64,000 bases of DNA, taken from NCBI RefSeq assembly GCF_009914755.1, contig NC_060935.1. One strand, 5' to 3'. Source of the DNA: the human T2T-CHM13v2.0 reference genome, Homo sapiens. The notes under the pieces are model-generated. The model saw only the letters and a list, made by a program, of their open reading frames with translations. It had not been told where the DNA came from and made no database searches. This document shows positions 12,581-25,330 of the stretch, in pieces; the first letter of the stretch is position 1; the number at the start of each line of letters is the position of its first letter. Both the position numbers and the translations under genes were made by a program.

Positions 12581-14699
12581 TGGGAGTGTACTATGCCCTC
12601 CAAATCATCATGTGCCAGGTGCTGATTCTTGTTTTTATTCTTGCTTTTATTTGAAGTATAATCAGGTTGCTGTTGAACATTTTTAATTTTGTACCAAGCA
12701 GATGTGCCCCATTTGAAGAACAGAAGCAAATCAGTACATACTAAATTACCAGGTCACATTCTAACACAGAGATCTGCGCATTCTGTCTGAGCATCTAAGG
12801 CTTCTAATTTTCTCGGGTATCCTATTGCCCTCAAATGTTGTGGCTTTCCTTGAAACCAGCCAGTGTTGTCTGTGAACTGTTTATTGAAAGCTGTGTAACT
12901 AAGTACAGTAATAGAATTTTTCAATCAATACTCAATTGCAGCAGGAGCTGGTAGAGAGATTTCAGCAGCCATAACATGCTGAGATAACTTGGTGTCACTA
13001 AGAAATCAGGCAGCAGAGAGCAGTACTAATTGAGTTCTGTCAGTCATACATGTGGGCACTGGGCTTGAAATCTGGTGTAGAAGCTATAGTATTATTTAAT
13101 GTGTATTTGGTTGTGTAAACCCAGACAGCAAACTCATGTGAACTCAGCTGAATAACATTCAGCTGTTCTAGGCCTCTCATAACAATTTTCTTTTTTTTTT
13201 CTCTGTTTAAAAACTCAGCAGTATCCTGTATGTGCATAACATAAAAGGAATAGCAGTGGTATTTAATTGTAAGTCTGGGATAGATGGTATAAAGAGGAAA
13301 TATAACCTAATAGAAAGAGAATTGGAAGTCAAAAGACTCAACCTTCAAATTCCAGCTGTTCTACCTGTTAACTCTGTGTTTTGGCTGTGAATCAAGTGAT
13401 AGCCAACGCATCGGTTTTTCTATCTTTACAATGGGGATTATACCTGCCTGCCTTATTAGTGTTTCAGTGAACTTCAAAGCAATTTTTGGCTGTGAAAATG
13501 CTCTGCAATGATAGTTGTTGTTTTATGAGCACCTTAATTATTCTGCTTCTCCAGGAAAAAAAAAATGTGTCAACACTAAGTGAATTTTCCTTGTAATTTA
13601 ATCCTTTAATTTTAATAATTTTTATTGAAGTCTTTCCCAAAGAATGCACAATAAACTAACTGCTTTATTAAACTGAATAGTTTATGCAAATTGAACCCAT
13701 TTATGGCTCAGAGTTAATACTGGGATTTCTGCTTCTGTGATTCATGTTGTAGCTGTAGGTGCTGCTGACTGTGGGATTTACCTGTGATTGAGCCCAGAAG
13801 TAGCTTGGTTTAGCCTTCTGGAAAAATTCCAATTAGTCACTTTGTTAATTTGGGCTATTTGCCTCTTCTGAAAAGGAAGATTTAGGGAATGACTGAAATA
13901 ATGTTATAGTTTGAAGGAACACTGAACACCATTAAGTCCAATCCCTTCTTAGAAGGAAATAAACTGAAATCCCAAGGGTTTAATGAGTTGCTCAATGTCA
14001 CACACAAAATGAGTGTTTAAGTGTACCCTATCCCCACCTTCTGACAACATTAACATTAATGAACATTTTCTCAAAGCTTTACTATTTTCAAAGCATTTGC
14101 ATATCCATATCTTATTTAGACATCTCCAAAGCTGTGAAGTTGACAGAGCAGGGGCCATTCTCTCCATTTCATGAGTGTCAAGTGACTTTTCCTCAGTCAC
14201 TTAGTGGGTGTATGCTCAGGGAAAGATGCTGGGACATGAAAACAGATCTTCTGACCACAGGTCCTAGTATCATCCCAAGACATTATGTTTCATGCTATTG
14301 GACTATGCCTTGTCTACTATAACATGCAATATTAATGCTGCATAACCTCTGCAGTAGCACGACTTCGCTGACTGCTGTAAAATAAATCATCTTCCTAAAG
14401 ATAGAAGATGTCTTTTCCCAAATGAGTTTTTCATGTTCCAGAGCAGTTTCTTCAATATCACTGTTTGTGTGCTTTGAATTTTTCACAGAACTTACAGCCT
14501 TATGTATGAGATCTGCACGACCAGCAATAGGAATAACTGGCACCTTCATATCAGCTTTTACCTACTTGCAATCACAGTGTGCTTCTGCCTCAAACCTCAT
14601 GTCCTATAACTTTTTCTTAGCACTTTAGATTCCACCAATACTATTAGTTGAAGTTCCCAAATACATGATAGCCTGCTTTTGTGCCATATTAGTAAAATG

Positions 14700-15437
14700 T
14701 GTTTCTCTGAGAACTGTTGCAAACCTAAGTCAAACTGGCTTAAGATCACCTTGGATTTTTTGGTTCCTGAAACTAAAAATCCAGGGATAGAGCAAGCATG
14801 GCTGGACTCAAGACTTCCAAATTAGTGTGAGGAAACATCTCTCTCTTCCTCTGTCTCTCTCCTCTTTCCTTCTATCTGAATTTTTCTGCATTAGACTTTG
14901 TTCTCAGGCAGGTTCTAACAAGAAGAAGAAAAGATGGCCACTGCTGGGTCCAGAATTATATTAGCTAGTGAATTCCATTGAATCAAGAGTACTTCCCACC
15001 AGCCCCAACCCCACAATAGCATCAAGAAAAAATTCTCTTTGAATTGATTGAGTTATATACTTCCATTCTTGGAACTGGGACATGCAGCCAACTGTACCCA
15101 AGCCATATAAATGGAGAGAAAGGGTAAGAGGGATTCCTGAAATAAATTATATCAATATAATTCAATTATTAAATTTAAAATATTAAATAAATTGTATATA
15201 ATTTATTATATATGATATATAATAATATGTGGTATTTGATATAATAATATATATGATAAATATAATATATAATGTATGATATTTGATATATATGCTGTAT
15301 CAAATATATATTAATTATATGATATAATATCAATTTATAATATCAAATTAAATATATAATATATATGATATATAATGTGTGACTATTAATGAAGCATAGA
15401 TGCTTAACAGGAAAAAATCACAAAATATTCACTACAC
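14700..15437 (-). mobile_element. Old MLT1 (J/K-like) LTR interrupted by an AT-rich expansion
   Basis: caaactggcttaag, gcatggctggactcaag, ttctcaggcagg, aagatggcca; terminal gatgct...cactaca follows the AT block. Confidence 0.55.
15140..15378. repeat. AT-rich low-complexity block (degenerate (TA)n/(ATATG)n)
   Basis: About 240 nt, almost entirely A/T, with repeated atatataat/tatgatat units. Confidence 0.9.
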
Positions 15438-15729
15438 ACACTAAAATGCCTATGCCATGTTCACTGCTAAAATGCCTTGCTCTCTCACTTACTTGAAAAA
15501 CTCCTACTTCACCTTCTAACTCTACTCAAAAGCCATTTACTATGTAGATGATCTTGGGGTAACTTACAGAACCTCTATAGCCTCTTATTATAACGTGGCA
15601 TACAATAATAATAACCAACTGTTAAGCTAGTTTAGGAGATTATATGCCTGATCCATATAAAGTGCTTAAGACAATCTTTGGCAAAAGTTATGTGCTCTAT
15701 AAACTTAACAATGCTGCTGCTGCTGTTGC

Positions 15730-15985
15730 TGACACTTGAACATCATGGAGAGACAAGTGCTGTGAGGGAAGACAAAGCAGGGTAAAGGCACAGAGTGGCA
15801 GTGGTGTTGTTTAAGAAATCCTAGGTCATGCAAGGCATTTCCGAGGAGTTGACATTTGAGTGGAGAAGAGAATGAAGTGATGCTATGAGCTATGTGAACA
15901 ACTTGGAGGTGAGTGTTCTAGTCAAAGGGAACAACAAGTGTAAAGGCCCTAAAGTGGAAAAGAGTTTGGCTTGTTTGAAGAATAA
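15730..15985 (-). mobile_element. L2 fragment
   Basis: gaggagttgacatttgagtggaga...gggaacaacaagtgtaaaggccct...gagtttggcttgtttgaagaa. Confidence 0.65.
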
Positions 15986-15996
15986 AATCATAACGG

Positions 15997-16321
<325 letters not shown>

Positions 16322-19300
16322 TTACTAGAGGTGTCATTTTTCTTAAGATCTTCAATTTTATCTTTTAACAAATTATGGACATATATAAAATTAAACACTG
16401 AGTCATTATTATTAGTAAGAATTTCTATCCATTTAGTCACCCTTCTTGAAAGTTTGGAGCTGAGTCAAGTGCAGATTTTTCCAGGCAGAGTCCTGGGAGC
16501 CAGTGGAAGGTAACCACCGGTGCCTTATATTGGCATTGGTAGTATGTGGAGCCAAGGGACCAAATTGTGTCCAGAAAAGGGGCGCATGTCTGATTTGAAG
16601 TAAGTAGTTCAAAAGAAGGTTGCCAATCTTAGGAGCTGGAAAGAGAATGGAGGATAAAGCTTTGGAACTGAAAAGGCTGAGCTAACAAGGATATGACAGG
16701 ACAAGGAGTGTTGTGACCTGATGTGGCTAGAAGCTCCAAGACAGGGTGAATTATTGTTGTGCAACTTGGGTTGCAATGTCTTCCAGAATAATTTTTTCTA
16801 TTTAATATAAGATATGGCTTTCTAGATAGAATCATTAAGATAACATTAGGAGGTAGAGGCATGCTCAGGCTATTTCCCAAACCTTACTTCTATTTCCTCA
16901 GTAGAGTGAAGACTTTGGATATAAGATGAAATGTAAAAATATGGTAGAATATATTAGAACAAAGAATGTTCTTTGAATTTGACATCCTTTTAGTTAGTCA
17001 CTGAACATGTGGTATTCACTTACTTATGTGTACCGGACCCTGTGCTGAGCTCTGGGGGAGATACAGAAATGAGGATTTTAGGGCTCTTTCTCTTTTGTAA
17101 GCTGGAATAAAAGTAAAGTACATGTAAACCAATAATTTTAATAAAATGTGTCTGGTGCTTTACCATTCATGAGCTATATAAATTTGATAAGATATTTAAG
17201 CATTTATTTCTTGATTTATAATGTTTGGATAAAAATAGCACCTACCTTATGGCATTTTGGGGTGGGGTTAAAAGAAAAGAAAAAAAACAGTGTTAAAATG
17301 TTTAGTACATTACCTGGCACATGCTACATGCTAAATGCATTTTTAAAGGGCTTTGATACCAGCAAGGGGTTGTGGTAGCATGGAGCAAAAAATGACTTAT
17401 TTTATCTGGGCCTGGAAAAATCCCCATAGGACTACTAAGTCTTGAAGGCTGAATTGATAAATGGGGAAGGAATTACAGAGTGAACAGTCATGTGAAATAC
17501 TAGGAAACTTTCTGGAGGAGAATTTTGTTTATCAAACAATTAGGTAACATATATGGAAAACATTAAGAGAAACTTTAGGAAAGTTGGGCTGGGGTCAGAT
17601 TATGAATGGCTTCATATATCATGTCAAGAAACACTTCTTTAAGTAATTACGAAGAGCCTTCACAGGTCTTTATGCAGAGGAGTGAAATAACAGGAAATCA
17701 GGTGTGTCTGAACCAACACTAATGAGATGTAGAGGAAAGCACAAAAGGTCATTTGGCAACCATGTGCCTGGGTAGAATCACAGAGGATGATTCTGTATTA
17801 GAGCTACAACTCTTGGGTGAATGGAAAGAGAAAATAACAAGAGGAAAAAAAAATTCTTGCTTTTAAGGCAACTGGTATATGTGTGATGCCTTAGACAGCT
17901 GTAGGAGTTGAAATGTGCCACTCATCAGTGATATTATTTTATGGAAGCTGGAAAAGCATTAACATGTATGACAATAGTTAGCCTATCCATGGTCTATATA
18001 GTTGCAGGGAAATGTAATTCACAAACACCTGCCTGAGTCTATTTGGCAAGTATTGGGAGCATCAACCTTAGTTTTATCAGCATGAAAAACTGCTCAGGGA
18101 ATGTACTGCATTCAAAAAAGACTTTGCTGAAAACCCCAGAAAATGGTTTTGAAAATTCATGGTGTTATGGTTATTGGTTTTAATTTTAAATCTACAATGC
18201 TTTCTGTCACTCTGAAATGCCTTTATTTTGAAAAAATAATACAGAACTCAGTCTATTGTGTTTTCCTAGTAAAATAGTGTCCTTTTTTTTTTAAAGCAGT
18301 GAATCAGAGGAAGAGACTGATTTTGATCACTTGAGTTTGGGAATGTATATGTTATATTGTCTGTGGATAGAGAGACCTTTATATCTTTGCTGCTTGTGCA
18401 AATGCTACAGTGTAGGTTGCAGTACATTGCTGCATTATAGTTTAGCTTGGTGACCTACTGTAGTGAACATAAGTCTGAGATCCTAGATTGGTCCATGTGT
18501 CCTCAATATGGCTGTATCTTATTACAATAATGCCCTATGAAGCCAATATTATGAATATAATTTGATATGGCCTTTTATTAAATGTTTCACAATCTACTAT
18601 ATTGTAATCATTTCAATTAACTGTGCACCTCTTAAAATAATTAAGACTTAGACCTTTTACTTGCTGTCAAACATAGCCAATAATTTTTAAAAATCTGATA
18701 GATGATAGGACACCTCAGCAGTCATGCTTGGGAGGCTTCAAACTTTTATATCCAGTGATCATCACATCCATTTTTTTCTGATTTGAGACAGAATTAAAAC
18801 ATTTTTGGATGATATTTTGATTCACTTTATTTAATTATTTAGACATTTTCTCTCATGCTCACTGCTTTGATAGTCTTTCTTAATGCCAGTAATTCTTGGG
18901 TATAACTATTGGATATGGTATTATTCTGGATGTTGGAAGTTCCTGATCCCAATTTTGAGAATCATCAAATGGAAACTAACAGCACTAGTAATGGCTAATA
19001 AAAGAAGAGAAAAATGATTTAACTACTGAGCAAGATCTTTTTAAAAAAAAAAAACTTTAATAACCACTAATATTTAACAAATACCATTGTCCATATAGTT
19101 AAGAATCCAAAAGGAAAAAAACTTCATTGCCCAATGCATATGTTTATAATTTCATCCTGTGCATTCCATTCTGCTGAAGAACAAAATAGAAGCCAAAGCA
19201 TTTATAAAAGGCCAACATTAGGTGAAAACACCTGAGTGACTCTTCTGGCAGGTTTAAATGGCCTGGTGAGACTCGCTAACTCTGCTGGTTTTTTAAGTTT

Positions 19301-19529
19301 ACTCTGGGATTTGTAATTAATTTATTCAATAAGGAGTGATTGATTATGTATTATGTGCAGGAATTTTGCTTGGAACTGGAGACAGAGAGTTGAAAGACAC
19401 CATCTGTATGTTTCAGAAGCTCAAGAATCTATTAGGCTAAACAGATCAGTGGGAAGACAATTATAGGACAGTTTGATAAATGTTATATGAGTACAACAAA
19501 GATTCCCTGGAGGAATACAGGAGGGACTC

Positions 19530-20013
19530 TGTACTGGGTTGAATAGTGGACCTAAAAAAATATGTCCAAGTCCTAACCCTCATTACTTATTAACGTGACC
19601 TTATTTGGGAATAGGACCTTTACCGGTGTAGTTAAGTTAAAGATCTTAAGATGGTATCATCTTGGATTTAGCATGGGTCCTAAATCCAATTACTGGTATA
19701 ATTGGATTGGTATAAATGATATCAGTAATAAGGAAAATGAGAGGGCAATTCGACACAGAGCACCTAGAGGAAAGTCACATAAAGATGAAGGCAGAGATTG
19801 GAGTTATAATGCTACAAGCCAAGGAATATCAAGAACTGCTAGCAGCCACCAGAAGCTAGGACAGAGCACATGGAACAGATTTTCCTTCAGATCCTCCAAT
19901 GTGAACCTATCCAGCCGACACCTTGATTTCAAACTGAGTGAATATTTTTTTTGTTGGTTTAAGTCACCAAGTCTGTGGTAATTTGGATATGGCGACTCTG
20001 GGAAGCTAATACA
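19530..20013 (+). mobile_element. MLT1C-like MaLR solo LTR
   Basis: tgtactgggttgaatagtgg...gtgaccttatttgggaatagg...gaaggcagagattggag...gccaccagaagctagg...gctaataca. Confidence 0.85.
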
Positions 20014-20339
20014 GGTCTTTAAGCTAGACTGGAGGTCTGGGACTGGAGATGGTCATCAGGTAATTACAAGGCCTCCCAGTTCAGGGAACATTTCAGCTGA
20101 GATTTGCAGGTCAAGTGAGAGTTACCTGATTTACTAATGGGAAAAATAATTGCAGGCAGAAAAAAGTAAGTGTAAATGCAGTCCATATTATTTCCAGTAA
20201 AAAAAAAAAAAAAGAAACTTTTTAAATTTCTAATTCTATAGGTGGAAGGAAAGAGATATGCTGCTCACCCAGTTTTGTCTACTCCGGACAAAGATCTGAT
20301 CTCTACTATGTGGTCTACCTTCTGTGGATCTCTGTAGTA

Positions 20340-21100
20340 CATAGATTATTGTCTTCTCTCACATCTCCACTTCCATCACACTGATTGAGGGGACCATAAA
20401 TTTCTCTCCTGAATTATTGTAATAGCTTTTAACTAGTTTATTTGCATTCACCATTGCTTATGCCAGCCCAAGTTCTATTTTTCTTAACACGTTAGTCAGA
20501 GAGAGCGTCTATTGAAACCTAAGTAACATAATGTCATTCTGTAGCACAAAATCTTCCAATGCTTCTTAATTGCGTTCAGAACAATAAAATAAAGTCTTTA
20601 AACATCCTAATGACCGTAGGAGAACTGATGCTTTATGAATTTTCTGTTACCGTCTCCTACAACTCAGCCTCTGACTCACTTGGCCTTTTTGCAATTCCTG
20701 GACATACTAAGTATGGTCCTCCATGAAGCCTTTATGCTAAGCTATTCTCTTTGTCTAGAGTACTCATCACCACACCATCTGCCTGGCCTGTTCTCGGTCT
20801 TCCTTTATGTTTGTGCCAAAATGTCAGTTTATTAGGCCTTTTGTGATCATCCTAAATAAATAGTAACCCCTCTACCAATATTTCTTATCTCCTTTACCCT
20901 GCTTTAGTTTTTCCCGTATCGCTTACTATAATTTGGATTATTGTGTATTTATTTGTTTAGTTTATATTTTTCTCCACTAGAGGATAAGTTGCATATGACC
21001 AGGAACATTATCTGTTTTGATCATTGTTATTGTTAAGTGCTTAGGAGAGTACTTGGCACATAGTAGTATTTTGATTGATAGTTTTTGAATGGATGGATGA
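20340..21100 (+). mobile_element. L2a 3' fragment
   Basis: tctctcctgaattattgtaatagc...cttggcacatagtagt...gaatggatggatgaa terminus. Confidence 0.75.
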
Positions 21101-21967
21101 ACAATACATAGAAGATTTTTTTTAACTGGGAAATTCATAGAAGCATTCAAAATGTTTGATGAGAATTTCTGGGTCCATGCTTTATTAGGAAAAACTCAAT
21201 AAATTTTAAGTGCAATATTACTTAAAACAGATTACAAAGGCTGCAGTGGGGTCTGATATTAATTCCTCATTTCTTCTCACGAAAAATACACACAAATAAA
21301 TTGGGGATGGCCCTTAATTGGTGTGGCTTTAATAACAGGTTTGATCAATTTTGGATCCTGTTCAGTGATGTTCTTATCCCCCATAGGCTAGTTTCTATTG
21401 CAAACTGCTTTTCTTACGTGAGCTCTCTTGTCCTTAATTCTTATTACTCTTACAGAAAGAAAGAATATAGTCCTTGAGGCCCAAATGTTATTAAATGATT
21501 TCTCTGGGAAACTTTGCTTCTCTCCTGTGTACTCTGCAAATGTTGGATGAAGCCGTGAGATGCCACTTCTTTTTGTCCCTCTTACCTGGGTACTCTGTGC
21601 CTGTCCTTTCTTTGTTTTGATCATAATACACTAATGAGATTCCATGTTTTCTGCATACTGTGGATATGGGAGAAGCACTTTAAAGATCTCAACATGAGGA
21701 CATGAGTAGATTCCTTTCCAGCTGAGAGTCTGAGTTGAGAATAGCTCTCCAGTTGGGCAGAAAGATGAACATTATGGAAACTTCATTATAGCACCCTCAG
21801 GAAATAGTCAGACAAGGCATCTTGCTTGATCCCTTCATGGCCAGTATCATGTGGACTAAACAGATGGGTAAAAAAAGCAAATTCAGCATGATTGAGGAAC
21901 TATACCTAGTTGGATAAGGCTATAGAACTTGCTACTGGTGAACAGTGGAAAGTAAAAATCTTTGAGG

Positions 21968-22160
21968 TATGAGGCACTTACTTTCATATTTCCCTTGTCA
22001 TTTAAACTTCATCCCAACTTGAAGAAGAGGTATTCATTTCACAAGTGAGGAAACTGAGGCACAGAGGAGGTAACTTGCTGAAGGTCACACAGGTGGTGAT
22101 TAAATCCAGATTTGTCTGTTTTTCCACAGACTATGCTTTTACCTCCACCATGCTGCCTAT
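21968..22160 (-). mobile_element. MIR SINE
   Basis: gaggaaactgaggcacagagg...taacttgctgaaggtcacacagg core. Confidence 0.75.
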
Positions 22161-24024
22161 AAATTAGAAATACATTTTGAGGGATTTGAGCTTAAACCTT
22201 TCAAAAATAACATTAGCACAAGAACAAGGGCAGCCCATGTTGTAGATGAGATATAGCTAAACATCTAGAAAGGCAGATCGCTGGGCTCCAGTGCCAGCGG
22301 CTGTGTGCAGCATGAAAGCAGCTATTAATCAGACACGCTCGCTTAAGAGGACCCTGGGTTTTGACTTTGAAGGCAGCCAAAGAAAGGTCGAATATATGCT
22401 TTTGAATTCTACAGCAAGCAGAGCTCTTTTGAATTCTTTATTTTCTAAAAATGATAATTAATAATTCTAATGCTTACTTCCTTGGTTGAGCTCTTCAAAC
22501 ATGGAATTAAAAGTAGTAAATTTTCAACAAAATACATATGACAGACTGTTAACCCCATAAATTAGGGTTTCATTTGCCTTAATTTCTCACATCAGTGTAT
22601 TTTTCCCAAGATGGCTTTCCCCACATGTATGTGTCTAATAAACCAATGATGTCAACAATAATTAGTACCTTTGAAGCAGCTGAAACTTAACGCTGGACCT
22701 GTGGTTACATTATTCCTCACAACAACTATATAAAGAAGGTGCTGTTTTAACATTTTATTTTGTCAAAAAGAAGATAAGTCTTACCGCAGTTTCTAGATGA
22801 GCCCAATGTCACATAGCTAGAAAATGGCATATGTGAGATTTGTGCGAGGCTCCCCACATCCAGGAGCCCATTGTCTGAAAGACCAAGTCTCTGCATGTGT
22901 TAAGTATTTGAAGGGGTGGGGTTAGGGGCAGGGACAGTATTGTCTGCAGGATATGATGGCTAAGTTGCGAGATATGATGGTTTTTTCTTTTCTTTATTTA
23001 TTGTTTGTATTATTCCTCTTTTCCTCCCTCCTTCTTTCTACTCTCCTCTCCTTCCCGCTTCACTTAGTTAAAACTTCAAACCAGGTTTCTCTCATTGGGT
23101 GAAACTGGCATTGCTTCTCAGGCACCTGATGTTCTGCTGAATCCTGGGTGTGACTAGAATCCCAGCACCTGGAATTTAGTCTCAGCCTCATAATTAACTT
23201 TCTCCGGGCTAGCTATCTAACTTTTCTCCTTTCAGCTTCCCCAACTCCAGAATGCAGATATAATTACAAATTACCTTTTAAGATTATTGTGAAGTGCTTT
23301 TTAAACAAAAGCAGAAAATGCTTTACAAATCTGAGAAGTTGTTCAGGTTTCAGGTTGGAGATGGGAAACAAAGAAGCTCTCTTGAGAACTCTGGTCCACC
23401 CGAATTACCCAGCTACTATCACTGCAGGTTGGATTCGTATTTCTTTCAAGATTTAACATGTAATTCCATGCAGTTATATAAAGTTGCAGAATGCTTTTAC
23501 CTGGGAGAGTTTGCTGGAATTTATCTCTTTAAAAGTCTCTAGACTGTGACCTCCAGGGCTAATATAAGCGTTGGCTCTGATATAGCAGTGTAATAGGAAA
23601 CCTTCTGACCTTCTTACCTGGGGCTTTCTCTTCAACTGCTTTTCACAGATAGCCCTTTCAGGCTCCCATTTCCTAGTGCTCCTGTAAATGTTGAATGCCA
23701 AATTTTGAACTGCTTTCAGAGGTTTTACTGCAAAGATATAATTTGATGTTGCTTTAGTGTCCTAGGGAGTCCTGAATTAATTTCTTGAATTTTGCATGTT
23801 AAAATGTGAACATCATCTTTTATTCTATTCCTCTTCATACCTTTTTGTCTTAATGTCACATCATTTTCCTTGCTGTTGATTCCAGTGCCCAACAAGCTCT
23901 CAAAGTCTGACACTGATGTGTGCACCAGTTAGTGAGAGGCAGACTGCAAAGAGTTTTTGATATTTGAGAAGAAAATTCTCTGCTATATGAATTAACCTAG
24001 AGAAAACGGGGCTGATATATTTAA

Positions 24025-24270
24025 AAAGTGCTCACCATTTTGAGCACTCACTATGGGTGGGCACTATGCCAAGTGCTTTACATGCACTACCTCATTTAAT
24101 TCCAGTTTTACCAGTATGATACAGGTTCCCTTATTGACCTGATTATACAGATAAGGAAGGTGATACTTCATAGAGATTAAGCAATTTGGCAAAATCAGTC
24201 AGCAAATAAGAAGTGAAACCAGGACTAGAAGATAGATCTGTTTCTAGAATCATGCTTTTACTAAGCCAAA
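24025..24270 (-). mobile_element. MIR SINE
   Basis: tgagcactcactatggg...gcactatgccaagtgctttacatgc...ctcatttaat...acagataaggaa. Confidence 0.7.
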
Positions 24271-24559
24271 GGCTGTATGGAAGAAGTACTCAGGTACTTG
24301 AGTTGTTTTGGAAAATGTGTCCATGATTGACCACAAGGTTAGGATTAAATACTCCTCACTCCTAAGTTCTTGGTGATTATCTGTTGAATTGCCCTTCCTT
24401 TTAATAAATCTTTCATTTCTACATTCTGGAGAGTTTAAATTCATAAAAACTTTTTCAAATTCAGCATCAGTTCTATGGAGCCATTCTTGACCTTCTGGTC
24501 AGAAGAGTTTTCCTTCTTGGCACCTCCTCTTGACTTGTACAGGCAGTATTGCTTGGATC

Positions 24560-25002
24560 TCTAAGTCACTACGTGATCTGCACACTTCATTCCTTGGGGC
24601 CTTTGCACTTGCTGTAACCTTTGCCTGGAACATTCTTTGCTTGATAATTTCATGGCTCACTCTTTTCCCCTTTAGGTCTCTACTCAAATGATCTCTTTTC
24701 AGTGATCACCCGTTATATGTCACCCTATTTAATTGCAACCTTCCCCACTGACACACTTCCCACACTGTGTCTGCTTTTTCTCCTATCACTTGCTATCATC
24801 TAATATCCTATGTCTCACATTTATTTTACCTGTCTCTTCTCCATAAGAATATAAACATTTATTTATTCTGTCTCTTCTCTATGAGAATGTAAACCCATCA
24901 GAAATATTTTTATCTGTTCTGTTAACTACTTGAGCCCTGGTTCTGAGTAATCTCTGGTACAGAGAGGGTGCACAATATATATTTATTGAATGACTGAATG
25001 AA
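24560..25002 (+). mobile_element. L2a 3' fragment
   Basis: ggcctttgcacttgctgt...gcctggaacattct...catggctcactc...tttattgaatgactgaatgaa. Confidence 0.75.
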
Positions 25003-25011
25003 GGACTGTCT

Positions 25012-25240
25012 GCCTTTTTTCACCTTTGACACTGTTGAGATAGGGAGCTAGATAATTCTTTGTTGCAGGACTGTCCTGTACTGCTAACCTGTAAGATATT
25101 TAGCAACATCTCTGGTTTCTGCTCACCAGTAGACCCACTAGTAGCAGTTGTGACATCCAACTGGGATAACTGAGAGTGTCACCAGATATTACTAAATATC
25201 TCCTGCAAATGGGGGGCATTGTCCTCCGCGCAAACACTGT
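25012..25240 (+). mobile_element. MER20-like DNA transposon
   Basis: gacactgttgaga...gataattctttgttgcaggactgtcctgta...tttagcaacatctctgg...ccagatattactaaatatctcctg. Confidence 0.7.
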
Positions 25241-25330
25241 TTTAGACTCAAAGATCCTGGAGAACAGGATCTATATTACTAGAGCATATAATAATACTGT
25301 AGCGCATAGTAGATGCTTGATAATGTTTTA

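Noticed and set aside
14295-14549. 84-aa minus-strand ORF as a possible processed pseudogene
   Set aside because: No parent protein recognised, and no poly(A) tail or TSD.
19595-19981. 128-aa ORF
   Set aside because: Lies wholly within an MLT1C LTR and has a GTG start.
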